Below are positions 1 to 8,836 of a stretch of 25,982 nt of DNA, one piece after another. This stretch comes from Thermoproteota archaeon. GTDB taxonomy: Archaea; Korarchaeota; JAOZGF01; JAOZFZ01. Below the pieces are notes generated by a model. That model searched no databases and was not told where the DNA came from. It saw only the letters and a program-made list of their open reading frames with translations. The DNA is taken from assembly GCA_027492035.1 (NCBI GenBank), contig JAOZFT010000037.1, forward strand, positions 1 through 25,982. The letters run 5' to 3'. Every line of letters begins with the position of its first letter. The stretch's first letter is position 1. Made by a program: the position numbers and the translations under genes.

Positions 1-934
1 ATCTACCTTTGTTCGTGCTATACCTCGCTTCTATATCACCTTTATGACCCATCAGGAATTGAAGGTATGGATGGGAGATCTTACCCTTAGATTCAGCTAT
101 TATCATGTTTGTATCGAAATATGCTCTGAGAACATATGGCCTCCAACTAAACCCAGCCTTCAATATAGCTTCCTTTACATCCCTAGTTATCAACGTAGTC
201 CTAAGAAACCTATTCTTCCTAACTCCTCTAGCGTCAAAACCTAGTAGAGGAGAATTTTTAGTAAGTTTCTCGCCAGCTTTAATCCTCCTCTCTAAATATT
301 CCTTGATATACGTTGTCGTCTGCTCTGGAACGAATGTAAAGTATTGATTTCTCGTCTTGCTCAAGCTCTTCCTTATAACAAGCATTGTAGGAACTTTAGA
401 AAATTCCATTTCCCTATCGCTTATCTCAGCTTCTGTAAAGTCACCAAGCCTGATGCCATCTGTACCCATATAGTTTCCCAAACTCTGTGGTCTCAAACCG
501 CTGAAAGCCATCAAAGCTATAGCAACTCTAGCTCTAGGTGTAGCCATCCTAATTATCTTATCCAACTCAGCTTTACTTGGAACCCTCTCATCAGCTATAG
601 TAGGCGTCTCATACTCCTTAGCAATGTTAACCTTAAGCTTAACATCCAACCCATTAAAAGAAAACCAGGAACGTAAAACTTTCTTAAACCTAGCTATATA
701 TGATCCTGCCTTACCCTTCTTCTCTAGCTCCCTAACAAAATCCATAAACTTATCTCTAAAAGCTTTGGTCTCAGCCACCTTAAGCAATTCCTTAGGATCA
801 GTGTTATTTAATTCGCAGAAATATCCTAAAGTCCTAAGATAAACTGTGGCTGTAATAACCGATTTGGCAGCTAAATTATCAAACCAGCGTTTAATATCCT
901 CGTCATTGAGCAGATAAGCATACTTGCTTTTCAA
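1..934 (-). CDS. Tyrosine recombinase / site-specific integrase (3' end runs off the window)
   Basis: Manual translation of the minus strand from TTG at 934 (GTGAG RBS upstream) is open to the window edge: MKSKYAYLLNDEDIKRWFDNLAAKS...ALMAFSGLRPQSLGNY...SWRPYVLRAYFDT...YLQFLMGHKGDIEARYSTNKGR. It contains the Arg-I (SGLR), YxxR, LMGH and catalytic Tyr (ARYS) motifs. Absent from the ORF track, presumably because no stop codon lies in the window. Confidence 0.93.
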   Translation of the reverse strand, partial: MKSKYAYLLNDEDIKRWFDNLAAKSVITATVYLRTLGYFCELNNTDPKELLKVAETKAFRDKFMDFVRELEKKGKAGSYIARFKKVLRSWFSFNGLDVKLKVNIAKEYETPTIADERVPSKAELDKIIRMATPRARVAIALMAFSGLRPQSLGNYMGTDGIRLGDFTEAEISDREMEFSKVPTMLVIRKSLSKTRNQYFTFVPEQTTTYIKEYLERRIKAGEKLTKNSPLLGFDARGVRKNRFLRTTLITRDVKEAILKAGFSWRPYVLRAYFDTNMIIAESKGKISHPYLQFLMGHKGDIEARYSTNKGR

Positions 935-968
935 TCTGTTCTCACTAAAAATAGGAAAAGCTTAGCTT

Positions 969-978
969 GTATATAAAG
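969..978 (-). promoter_or_regulatory. Putative TATA box of the integrase gene
   Basis: Minus strand reads TTTATATAC about 35 nt upstream of the TTG start. Confidence 0.45.
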
Positions 979-997
979 GATTCACTTAAAAAATTTA

Positions 998-1010
998 GTG
1001 GGCCGGGTGG
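998..1010 (-). mobile_element. Putative attachment-site remnant resembling a tRNA 3' end
   Basis: GC-rich 13-mer in AT-rich DNA. Minus strand CCACCCGGCCCAC followed by TAAATTTTTT resembles the T-stem and acceptor 3' strand of archaeal tRNAs beginning GGGCCGG. It lies about 65 nt upstream of the integrase. Confidence 0.55.
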
Positions 1011-1240
1011 TATTATGGAATTCTGAACTTCTCTTTTTTAAATCAAGTTAATTATTTAAAAGGTTAAAAGTATTGAAGAAGTTGAAAAGAGCTATACTTC
1101 AGTTTAAAAAGTAAAGTTTACACGTGAAAGAAGGAATTGCTGGTGGCACTGAAGGGGTTAAGAAAAAAGTTTTATTTAAAAAGCAGTAAATTGGTAAAGT
1201 AACATTGAGAGATTATGGGAATATTGAGTTAGTTTGGTTT

Positions 1241-2527
1241 TTATTTAGGTTTTGTAAATCCCCATTTCTCTAAAGCTGTCTTTAGTTCTTTATGTTCTTC
1301 TGCATAGGTTTTTAGGGATATGTTGGAAATTGTAGCATTTATTGCTTGTCTAAGTGCAGCTGCCCCGCTTTTAGGTCCATCAGGGTGGCCAAGTACTCCT
1401 CCTCCTGCCTGTATTAGGACTTCTTTACCGAAAATTTCTATTATTTTAGGGATTAAGCCTGGATGAAGCCCTCCAGAACTTACTGGGAGTACTGGTTTTA
1501 GTTTGAAAAATTTCTTTTTTAAAATGGTTAATTCAGAGTTTTCATGTGCCTCTTCTTCTCTTAATATTTTAATTAAGGCTTTTACTTCTTGTAAAGGGGA
1601 CTCCAGTTTACCAACTACTGTTCCAACATGTAATTGGTCAACTCCTATTAGGCGTGAGATTTCTGCGATTACTTTCATTGAGACCCCATGTTTTGGGTTT
1701 CTTGTAAAAGCAGCGTGAAAAGCCCTGTGAGCATGAATTGCTAATCCTAGTTCTTCAGTTTTTTCCCTTAATGTTTGAAGTGAAGCCCACCCAGTTGTTA
1801 AAATATCAATCATGACATATTCTCCCCCTTCTTCAGCAACTTTTTCTGCTCTCTTAATCATTTCTTTCGTTTCTGAACTTATGTTTGGTAAGTAACCTTT
1901 TTTTTCACCTGTTTCATTTTCTGCTTTATCTCTCATTTTCAAGGTTTCCTTTATTCTCTCCTCGAATCTGTTAAATTTTTGTGATGAGAGATTTTCATCG
2001 TCTTTAACAATATCTACACCTCCTGTCCAGATTTGGTACGCAACTTGCGCATGTTCTTTAGAAGTCATTCCAACTTTAGGTTTAGGCACAGTAGCTGTTA
2101 AGGGTCTGTTGTAGATTTTAAACATTTTCCTTATTCCGCTAATGCCTAGTTTAGGCCCTTTAAAAGAAATGACAATTTGTTCAGGCCAGTAGACGTCTTC
2201 TAAACGTAGATTTTTCACAGCTTTCATTCCGAAAACATTACCAGCTATGGAGCTGACAATTTGAGGCATATTACCTGGTTCAAACAATTCAATAGGGTAA
2301 GCTATTTTCACCAGGTTTCCTTTGATTTCAAAAACTTTAGCACTTAATTTTCTTATTTCTTCAGTCATTGTTGTGAGATCTGTCCATGTGCCATTAGAAC
2401 TTTCAGAAGCTACTCTAGCAGCTGCTTCTTCAATAGAGAACCCTTTTTCAGGTTCAATTTTGAAGAGACAAATTAAATCTTCTTCTTTCGGTTGATAGTT
2501 TAAATTTAAAAAATTGGAGTAAGCCAA
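1241..2527 (-). CDS. rbcL: Ribulose-1,5-bisphosphate carboxylase large subunit, form III
   Basis: Motifs ESSNGTW, GNVFG, PKPKVG, GGVDIVKDDEN (carbamylation site), HAHRAFH, HVGTVVGKLE (loop 6 Lys), SSGGLH and GGGVLGHP are all intact. About 428 aa, with no small subunit adjacent. Start moved to TTG 2527 behind a GAGGTG RBS. Confidence 0.95.
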   Translation of the reverse strand: MAYSNFLNLNYQPKEEDLICLFKIEPEKGFSIEEAAARVASESSNGTWTDLTTMTEEIRKLSAKVFEIKGNLVKIAYPIELFEPGNMPQIVSSIAGNVFGMKAVKNLRLEDVYWPEQIVISFKGPKLGISGIRKMFKIYNRPLTATVPKPKVGMTSKEHAQVAYQIWTGGVDIVKDDENLSSQKFNRFEERIKETLKMRDKAENETGEKKGYLPNISSETKEMIKRAEKVAEEGGEYVMIDILTTGWASLQTLREKTEELGLAIHAHRAFHAAFTRNPKHGVSMKVIAEISRLIGVDQLHVGTVVGKLESPLQEVKALIKILREEEAHENSELTILKKKFFKLKPVLPVSSGGLHPGLIPKIIEIFGKEVLIQAGGGVLGHPDGPKSGAAALRQAINATISNISLKTYAEEHKELKTALEKWGFTKPK

Positions 2528-3232
2528 AAGGAGACACCTCAAAAAAATTGAACATTTTTAATTCAAAAATTTATTGTTTACTTAAGCATGTGCTTTAAAT
2601 TTAAGGAGAGAAAGGGAAGGGGTCTGGTTTATGGATATAAACGTTTTAGTTGAACTTGAAAAACATGTTTTCTAAATTACTTCTTTTTTAACTCCTGAAA
2701 AAAGAAGTAACCAGTTTGAGGGAGTATGGTAGAATAATTTCGACACCTAAGCCTTTAATCTCTACAGAAATGAAAACAAAAATAGACATGAACTTGGAGG
2801 AACTGACCAAGTTTTTGAAAAGATTGATTCACAAACAAGGAAAATAAGGGCTTTAATAACTTAAATTGTTAATTGTTAAATGATTCAGGAAATACAGGCT
2901 CACCTGCGAAAAATAAACAACGAAAAAATTTGAAGGTAACTTGGAGGAATTGTGTATGACTCAGAGGGATAAACCAGTACATGAACACTTTACCTAAAAA
3001 GTAAAAAAATCCCTGGTTTCCTGTTAAGTAAAAAGAGAAAGGAGGGTGTGTCAAATAAAATCCTAGAATACCAAGAAAAAATGAACAATACCCTAAACAA
3101 TATAAAACAAAGTGAAGGAGTTAAGTTTAGTGATTTTAAACTTGAAAATTTAAAAAGTAAATTAGAACCATGCTCTAAATAGTTAAGTGTTTTGGCTCTT
3201 CCCTAAGAGGGAGAAAGTTTAGGTGTCATATT

Positions 3233-3739
3233 TTGTTTAATGAAATATTTCGATTTTTTGGGGAGGGAGATAAAAGAGCCAGAGTTGCAGAGACTTTGCT
3301 TAAGTATGGTTTAAAAGTGAAAGACGGAAAAATTTGGCTTGATGAAATAGAAATTTCAACTTCAAAATTGGCTAAAGCCCTAAATGTGGATCGGCGGACA
3401 ATCCAGAACACTGTTAAACTCATAGAGTCTAATCAAAAACTGAAAAGGGTGTTTGAGAATTTGGAAACTGCTGGTTTATCTTTAAAGAAAGCTGCCAAAT
3501 CTTTAGGGTTAGGAGTTATTGAAATTTTTGTGAAGGATCCAAGCTCCCCAGGAGTAATAGCTACTGTTTCAAGCTTAATAGCTAATGAAAAGATAAGTAT
3601 AAGACAAATAATTGCTGAAGATCCTTATTTGCACCCAGAGCCTAAGCTTATCGTAATCACTGAAAAAAGACTTCCAGGGATATTAATTGATGACATATTG
3701 AGAATTAAGGGAATAGAGTACGTGAAAGTTTCTTCCTAA
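3233..3739 (+). CDS. Archaeal HTH + ACT-domain regulator of amino acid metabolism (COG2150-like)
   Basis: N-terminal RVAETLLKYGL, HTH (SKLAKALNVDRRTI), and C-terminal ACT domain (DPSSPGVIATVSSLIANEKISIRQ...EDP). AGGTG RBS before TTG. Confidence 0.85.
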   Translation: MFNEIFRFFGEGDKRARVAETLLKYGLKVKDGKIWLDEIEISTSKLAKALNVDRRTIQNTVKLIESNQKLKRVFENLETAGLSLKKAAKSLGLGVIEIFVKDPSSPGVIATVSSLIANEKISIRQIIAEDPYLHPEPKLIVITEKRLPGILIDDILRIKGIEYVKVSS

Positions 3740-3816
3740 ATCCTTTCTCTTTTTTTCCATAGAGTATTTTTGTTTGGGAAGAAAAATAAAATTTCTCAAT
3801 TGATTCTGGTTAAGTC

Positions 3817-5580
3817 TTAAATTAGTTCTATTGTGGCTGGAGGTTTTGAAGTGACTTCATAACCAATAAAGCCTACTTCTAACTGTTTATTAGCTATATT
3901 TAACGCTAGTTCACTTAAATGTTTAAAGGAGATTTCTGTAGGTATTGCAGTCATGAAATCTAAAGTATCTACAGCCCTCAATATTACACCGTATTTCTTT
4001 GTTGAGGGGCTGTTTAAGAAAATCACTACTCTACATATGTCTTTAAAAACACCGGTAATTTTATTCTGCATCTTAAGTATGTTTAGCCATTTTGTTTTTA
4101 TCCAGGTTTCAATTTCATCCTTTATTCCTAAAATATTTCCAAGAATCCTCTGATCTCCTTTAACACCTACTGCTTTGTTTTTAAAAATAAAACATTGAAC
4201 CTCCTTTTTCAGCAATGAAGAAACTTTTTCTGAAACTACACTGCTAAGTTTTAGGTTGTTATCTACTAAAGCTGCGAAGTATTGTGAAGGTTTATACTTC
4301 TTAAGTTCTTTTTCAACTACGTCCGTTATTTCTCTCAATAATTCAATTTTTTCTTTATTTACTTCCCCTAAAATTCTGCAGGCTAAACCTGGACCTGGAA
4401 ATGGTTGTCTCCAAATTATTTTTTTTGGAAGACCTATTTTCTTACCTAATTCTCTGACTTGATACTTGAAAAGGGTGGATAATGGTTCAATTAATTTAAG
4501 TTCCATGTTTTTAGGTAAGCCCCCTACATTGTGGTGGATTTTTATGAAACCTCCATGTTTAATTCCCTTTCTTGCTTCAGCCATTCCTCTCGTGCTTTCA
4601 ATGATGTCAGGGGCAATTGTTCCTTGAATAAGCCATTTCGCACCTTCTTCCTTAGCTATTCTTTCAAATTCCTTAATAAAAATTTTTCCTATAAATAACC
4701 TTTTTTCGTTAGAGTTTTTAATTTCCTTTATTTTCTTTAAAACCTTTTTTGATATATCTACATACTTTACTTTTAAACCTACTTCTTCCAATTCTCTTAT
4801 AACGTTTTCACTTTCATTTTTCCTTAGTAAACCTGTGTTTACATGGACACATATTAATTTGTTGTTTAATGCTTTACTAGCTATAACTGCAGCTAATGTG
4901 GAGTCAACTCCACCGCTGACGGCTGTAACAGCTTTTCCGTCTACAACTAAATTTTTTATTTCCAGTATTTTATTTTCAAGAAAGTTTTCAATTTCCCACT
5001 TCTTCTCTTTGCATCCGCAAATATTTGAAGCAAAGTTTTTCAGGATTTTGTGGCCGTTCGGTGTATGGAAAACTTCAGGATGGAACTGTAAACCAAAAAA
5101 TTTTCTTTCACAACTGAAAGCAGCTATTTTAGACTCTTCAGTTGAAGCAAGAACTTCACAGTTTTCACTTAATTCGTTAACTAAGTCTTTATGGCTCATC
5201 CAACAAATTTCTTTATTGTTTAAGCCTCTAAATAAGGGGTTTCTCTTTAAAATTTCAAGTTCAGAGAAACCGTACTCACCCTTTAACCCTTTCGCAACTT
5301 TACATCCTAGAAAATAAGCCAGTAATTGGTGGCCGTAACATATTCCGAGAACAGGCACATTTAGTTTAAGTATTTCTCTACTGCATTTAGGAGAATTGTT
5401 TTCATAAACAGAATAAGGGCCTCCGGATAAAATTATTCCTTTCGGATTTATTTCTTTAATTTTCTTAATTGAAACATTGAAGGGAACTATTTCAGCTTTA
5501 AAACCTTGTTCAAGTAAACATCTTCTAATATTAAAAACGTATTGACCTCCGAAATCAAGAATTAAAATAATGTCTTGCAT
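3817..5580 (-). CDS. guaA: GMP synthase (glutamine-hydrolysing), fused GATase + ATP-PPase with enlarged C-terminal domain
   Basis: ILDFGGQY, LGICYGHQ (catalytic Cys), QFHPE, SGGVDS P-loop, QGTIAPD, KIHHNVGG, RQPFPGPGLA and SKPPATIE. Confidence 0.96.
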   Translation of the reverse strand: MQDIILILDFGGQYVFNIRRCLLEQGFKAEIVPFNVSIKKIKEINPKGIILSGGPYSVYENNSPKCSREILKLNVPVLGICYGHQLLAYFLGCKVAKGLKGEYGFSELEILKRNPLFRGLNNKEICWMSHKDLVNELSENCEVLASTEESKIAAFSCERKFFGLQFHPEVFHTPNGHKILKNFASNICGCKEKKWEIENFLENKILEIKNLVVDGKAVTAVSGGVDSTLAAVIASKALNNKLICVHVNTGLLRKNESENVIRELEEVGLKVKYVDISKKVLKKIKEIKNSNEKRLFIGKIFIKEFERIAKEEGAKWLIQGTIAPDIIESTRGMAEARKGIKHGGFIKIHHNVGGLPKNMELKLIEPLSTLFKYQVRELGKKIGLPKKIIWRQPFPGPGLACRILGEVNKEKIELLREITDVVEKELKKYKPSQYFAALVDNNLKLSSVVSEKVSSLLKKEVQCFIFKNKAVGVKGDQRILGNILGIKDEIETWIKTKWLNILKMQNKITGVFKDICRVVIFLNSPSTKKYGVILRAVDTLDFMTAIPTEISFKHLSELALNIANKQLEVGFIGYEVTSKPPATIELI

Positions 5581-5581
5581 T

Positions 5582-6223
5582 TCATCCCTTTTCCTTTCTT
5601 AAAGTCTTAACTTTCAAACTTTCCTGCCTAAAAAAACTGAAAGCTTTTTCAACAGTTTCTTTCGGAAAAGGGAAAAACTTGATCACTGCCTCAAACATTT
5701 CATTCTTAGTTAAGCCTTCCTTTTCAAGTTTTCCAAAAATAAGTTTTAAGGATTCTATTCTGCTCCATGGGTAAATTATCCAGCCATTAATTTCCCTAAC
5801 GAAGAAGTCAGGAGTGAAACGTGTCCAAGGCTTAATATGCAAAGTGGAAGTGTATACTTTGTAGGGGTGAAGTTTTTCAATTAAGGACTTAACTTTCCGG
5901 AGTGTTTTACCTGTATCTGAAACGTCGTCAGTAATGAGCACTACCTCCCCCTTCAATGAAGGTAAACTTAAAGGTTGATAGATGTCTACTTTTTGTTTGG
6001 TTTCTTCTAAACCAATGTAAAGTTTACAGCCTAAGCTGTAAATGTTGCTCATGTTTAAGTAGTCAGAAAGAAGACCTGCCACAACAGCCCCCCATCTTAA
6101 AGGGCCGACAAGCACGGTAGGTTTTATATTTTGAACTTCTTCACTTAACTTTTCAACATCTGAAACTATATCTTCCCAATCTAAAATGTAGTAATTAGAA
6201 TCAGCGAAAAATATTTCCTCCAT
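5582..6223 (-). CDS. Type I phosphoribosyltransferase, archaeal hypoxanthine/guanine PRTase-like
   Basis: PRPP-binding motif VLITDDVSDTGKTL and C-terminal PDFF...WIIYPW; ends 1 nt before the guaA start. Purine specificity is inferred from context. Confidence 0.85.
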   Translation of the reverse strand: MEEIFFADSNYYILDWEDIVSDVEKLSEEVQNIKPTVLVGPLRWGAVVAGLLSDYLNMSNIYSLGCKLYIGLEETKQKVDIYQPLSLPSLKGEVVLITDDVSDTGKTLRKVKSLIEKLHPYKVYTSTLHIKPWTRFTPDFFVREINGWIIYPWSRIESLKLIFGKLEKEGLTKNEMFEAVIKFFPFPKETVEKAFSFFRQESLKVKTLRKEKG

Positions 6224-6245
6224 ATGAACCGGATTTACATGTTTG

Positions 6246-6260
6246 TTTTAAAAATTTTTC
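6246..6260 (-). promoter_or_regulatory. BRE-TATA promoter of PRTase-guaA, probably giving a leaderless mRNA
   Basis: Minus strand GAAAAATTTTTAAAA lies about 24 nt upstream of the ATG at 6223, with no RBS between. Confidence 0.5.
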
Positions 6261-6500
6261 CATTTCCAGAACAGAAGGAAGTTGGGTAGATTTGAAAATG
6301 TTAAATAAAGAGCTGTTCTAAAAAGTTTTATCACTTACCTACTTCACCTTCTTTATACATGCCTCTCAATCTTTTTGGGACTTTGCAGTATTGCACGGAA
6401 AAAAAGGGGTGAAGTGAAATCGATACAAGGATTCATTAATGAACTATGGAGAAGAGGGAAAAAGAAGAAAGGCAAGGAGTAATTTTCTTCCCCTTTTTGC

Positions 6501-7214
6501 TTAAATGAATTTTAGAGGAGAAATTTTAATTGTTTCTACACCTTCCTTTCTTCCAACATAGATTTCATTTGGTTTTTTGGTAAATATTCCGTTCTCAATT
6601 ACTCCAGGAACATTGTTTAGTTCCCTTTCCAGTTTTTCAGGTTCCTGTATTGAACTAAAGTAGACATCAACTATGTAATTGCCGTTATCAGTGACAAATA
6701 CTTCATCATTCTTTACTCTCAGCTTTGCTTTAACCCCTTTCTCCCTGAAGAAATTAATTGTTTTCTTCCAGCCGAATTTCAAGATTTCTAAAGGAACAGG
6801 TTTGCCTCCCAAAGAGTTAACAAGTTTTGTTTCATCCACAACAATTACGTAGTTTTCACTGTAGAAAGCAACTATTTTTTCCCTTGTTAAAGCCCCTTTC
6901 CCGCCTTTGACCATGTACCCTTCTTTGGTTACTTGATCAGCTCCGTCAATGGTTAAGTTTATCTTTTCAACGTCATTTAAGTCAATGATTTCTAGACCTA
7001 GCTCTTCAGCTAAAGCTTTTGTTTCTTTTGATGTAGCAATCACTTTAACTTTTAAACCCCTCTTTACTTTTTCAGAAAGTTTTAGTATGGAGTAGTAAAC
7101 TGTTGACCCTGTGCCTAATCCTATAATTTGTCCATTTTTTATTTTTTCAACAGCTTTGAAGCCGGCTCTCTTTTTCTGGTTCTCTATCTCCGGAAACAAT
7201 TTTAAACCCTTCAA
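6501..7214 (-). CDS. rpiA: Ribose-5-phosphate isomerase A
   Basis: IGLGTGST, IDGADQV, KGGKGALTREK, TDNGNYIVD and PGVIENGIF motifs. Start uncertain by a few codons. Confidence 0.96.
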   Translation of the reverse strand: MKGLKLFPEIENQKKRAGFKAVEKIKNGQIIGLGTGSTVYYSILKLSEKVKRGLKVKVIATSKETKALAEELGLEIIDLNDVEKINLTIDGADQVTKEGYMVKGGKGALTREKIVAFYSENYVIVVDETKLVNSLGGKPVPLEILKFGWKKTINFFREKGVKAKLRVKNDEVFVTDNGNYIVDVYFSSIQEPEKLERELNNVPGVIENGIFTKKPNEIYVGRKEGVETIKISPLKFI

Positions 7215-7234
7215 AAATTTAAGAAAGAAGTAAA

Positions 7235-7822
7235 TTAAGCTATTTCTATATCGAAATGTGCGGTTCTTAGGTCTTTCTCTTTTTTGCCGAGTACATGCAT
7301 TAATTCAACAATTATTCCGTCGAGGAAAACTAGGCAGGTATCTTCGAAAAGAGTTCCTAATGGAGTTAATGGTTCATGTCTGCCTAGAATTTGATCTTGG
7401 ATATAGTCCTTTTTTTCACTTTTAGTTCTTCCCTTAACAACAACTACTACATCTGCCTCTTTAGCTAGAGATGAATCTTTGTGGCTGGTTATAGCTATTA
7501 TTTTAGCTTGAACCTTTTTCGCGCTTGAACAAACCAAAATGACGCTTTTTGTTTCACCTGACCCTGAAATACAAATCAATACGTCATCTCTCCTTATTGC
7601 AGGGGTTATTGTTTCACCTATTACATAAACTTCTAGACCTAAGTGCATAAGCCTCATAGCGAATGCTTTCCCAACTAAACCTGAACGGCCTGTCCCGTAA
7701 ATAAAGACTCTTCTTGCTTTTTTAAGCACTTCAACCATGTTGTTTACGTCTTCTCCCTTTATTTCTTTAATTACTGTTTGAAGGTTAGCTACTATTTCTT
7801 TCATTGCATCTTTAGCCAACAA
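7235..7822 (-). CDS. hxlB: 6-phospho-3-hexuloisomerase (PHI)
   Basis: SIS domain with GTGRSG, FAMRLMHLG, GETITP, SGSGET and PLGTLFE; directly downstream of HPS. Confidence 0.95.
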   Translation of the reverse strand: MLAKDAMKEIVANLQTVIKEIKGEDVNNMVEVLKKARRVFIYGTGRSGLVGKAFAMRLMHLGLEVYVIGETITPAIRRDDVLICISGSGETKSVILVCSSAKKVQAKIIAITSHKDSSLAKEADVVVVVKGRTKSEKKDYIQDQILGRHEPLTPLGTLFEDTCLVFLDGIIVELMHVLGKKEKDLRTAHFDIEIA

Positions 7823-7828
7823 GGTTTT

Positions 7829-8461
7829 TCACCTTTTGAGTAATGATTTCAGTTTTCTTGTCATTTCTTCAGGATTGCTGGATTTAGTTATTGCACCACC
7901 GACAATTACAAGGTTAACTGGGTAATCTAGGATTCTAGGTATTTTTTCTTCGTTTAATCCACCAGCAACAGCTATAGAGGCACTTGAGATTTTAGAGAGG
8001 ACGTTTAAATCTTGAACAGGGAATTCTCTCTTTTTTTGAACATCTACACCTAAATGGATCAGTAAGTAGTCTGGATTAAACCTATCAATTTCTTCAGCTC
8101 TCTCCTTTATTTTCTTCACACCTATGAAATCTACTACTGTCTTTCCACCGTAATCATTACTTGCCTTAACAACTTCTTTAATTGTTTCATTTTCAGCCGC
8201 AGCAAGCACAGATGTTAAATCAGCTCCGTTTTTAAAGGCTAACTCAGCTTCTAAATATCCTGTATCAACTGTTTTCATATCAGCAAAAACCTCCCTCCCT
8301 CTAGAAATGCTTTTTAGTTTCTTTATCGAGTCAACACCTGCAACTTTAATTAGAGGAGTTCCCGCCTCCAAAACATCAATACCTCCCTTTAAACACTTTA
8401 AAGCAATTTCTTCAGCCTTCTTTAAATCAACTAGATCCAAAGCCACCTGAAGCTTCAACAA
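7829..8461 (-). CDS. hxlA: 3-hexulose-6-phosphate synthase (HPS), stand-alone
   Basis: KLQVALD, EAGTPLIK, ADMKTVDTG, HLGVDVQ, AVAGGL and IVGGAITK. Start moved to TTG at about 8461 behind a GGTGGTG RBS. Confidence 0.92.
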   Translation of the reverse strand: MLKLQVALDLVDLKKAEEIALKCLKGGIDVLEAGTPLIKVAGVDSIKKLKSISRGREVFADMKTVDTGYLEAELAFKNGADLTSVLAAAENETIKEVVKASNDYGGKTVVDFIGVKKIKERAEEIDRFNPDYLLIHLGVDVQKKREFPVQDLNVLSKISSASIAVAGGLNEEKIPRILDYPVNLVIVGGAITKSSNPEEMTRKLKSLLKR

Positions 8462-8836
8462 CCTGAAACACCACCCTAACAAATGAGCCTGTAAAAGAGA
8501 AACCAGTAAAGTAAGTATTAAATTTTTCTTTTACGGAAGCATCTTATAAAAGCATTTTCCACTTAACATCTTCTTCAAAAAAGTTTTTGGGAAGAGGATT
8601 CAAGAAGAGAAAGTTTATAACATGTAAATTTTTAGAAATGAAGCAGTAATTCATGTAAATCATGTCCACTTTTTGTCTAGGAGAGTTTTTAAATACGTTA
8701 AAGGATAAGTTTACTAAAGGTTCAGAATTGCTTTGGAGAGGTAAAAACAAAAACCTTTTTTAATTTTTCAAGAAATCTTCCTTTCCACATGAAATTCTTT
8801 TCTTGTAAAAGCTAAGTAATACAGGTGAGAAAGGCT

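Noticed and set aside
44-842. Four plus-strand ORFs (44-244, 105-347, 344-676, 624-842)
   Set aside because: Antisense shadows of the minus-strand integrase; no recognisable motifs.
960-1080. Complete tRNA gene next to the integrase
   Set aside because: Only about 13 nt resemble a tRNA 3' end; no D-arm, anticodon arm or 5' acceptor strand can be folded.
1241-2527. RuBisCO-like protein (form IV), or evidence of a Calvin cycle
   Set aside because: Catalytic motifs of true RuBisCO are intact, so it is not form IV. No prk or small subunit is in the window, so autotrophy cannot be claimed.
6341-6415. Purine riboswitch upstream of PRTase-guaA
   Set aside because: No purine riboswitch consensus, pairing is better on the opposite strand, and the element lies upstream of the likely leaderless promoter at about 6250.
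8544-8750. 68-aa minus-strand ORF upstream of hps
   Set aside because: No motif or clear RBS; lies in an AT-rich divergent promoter region.
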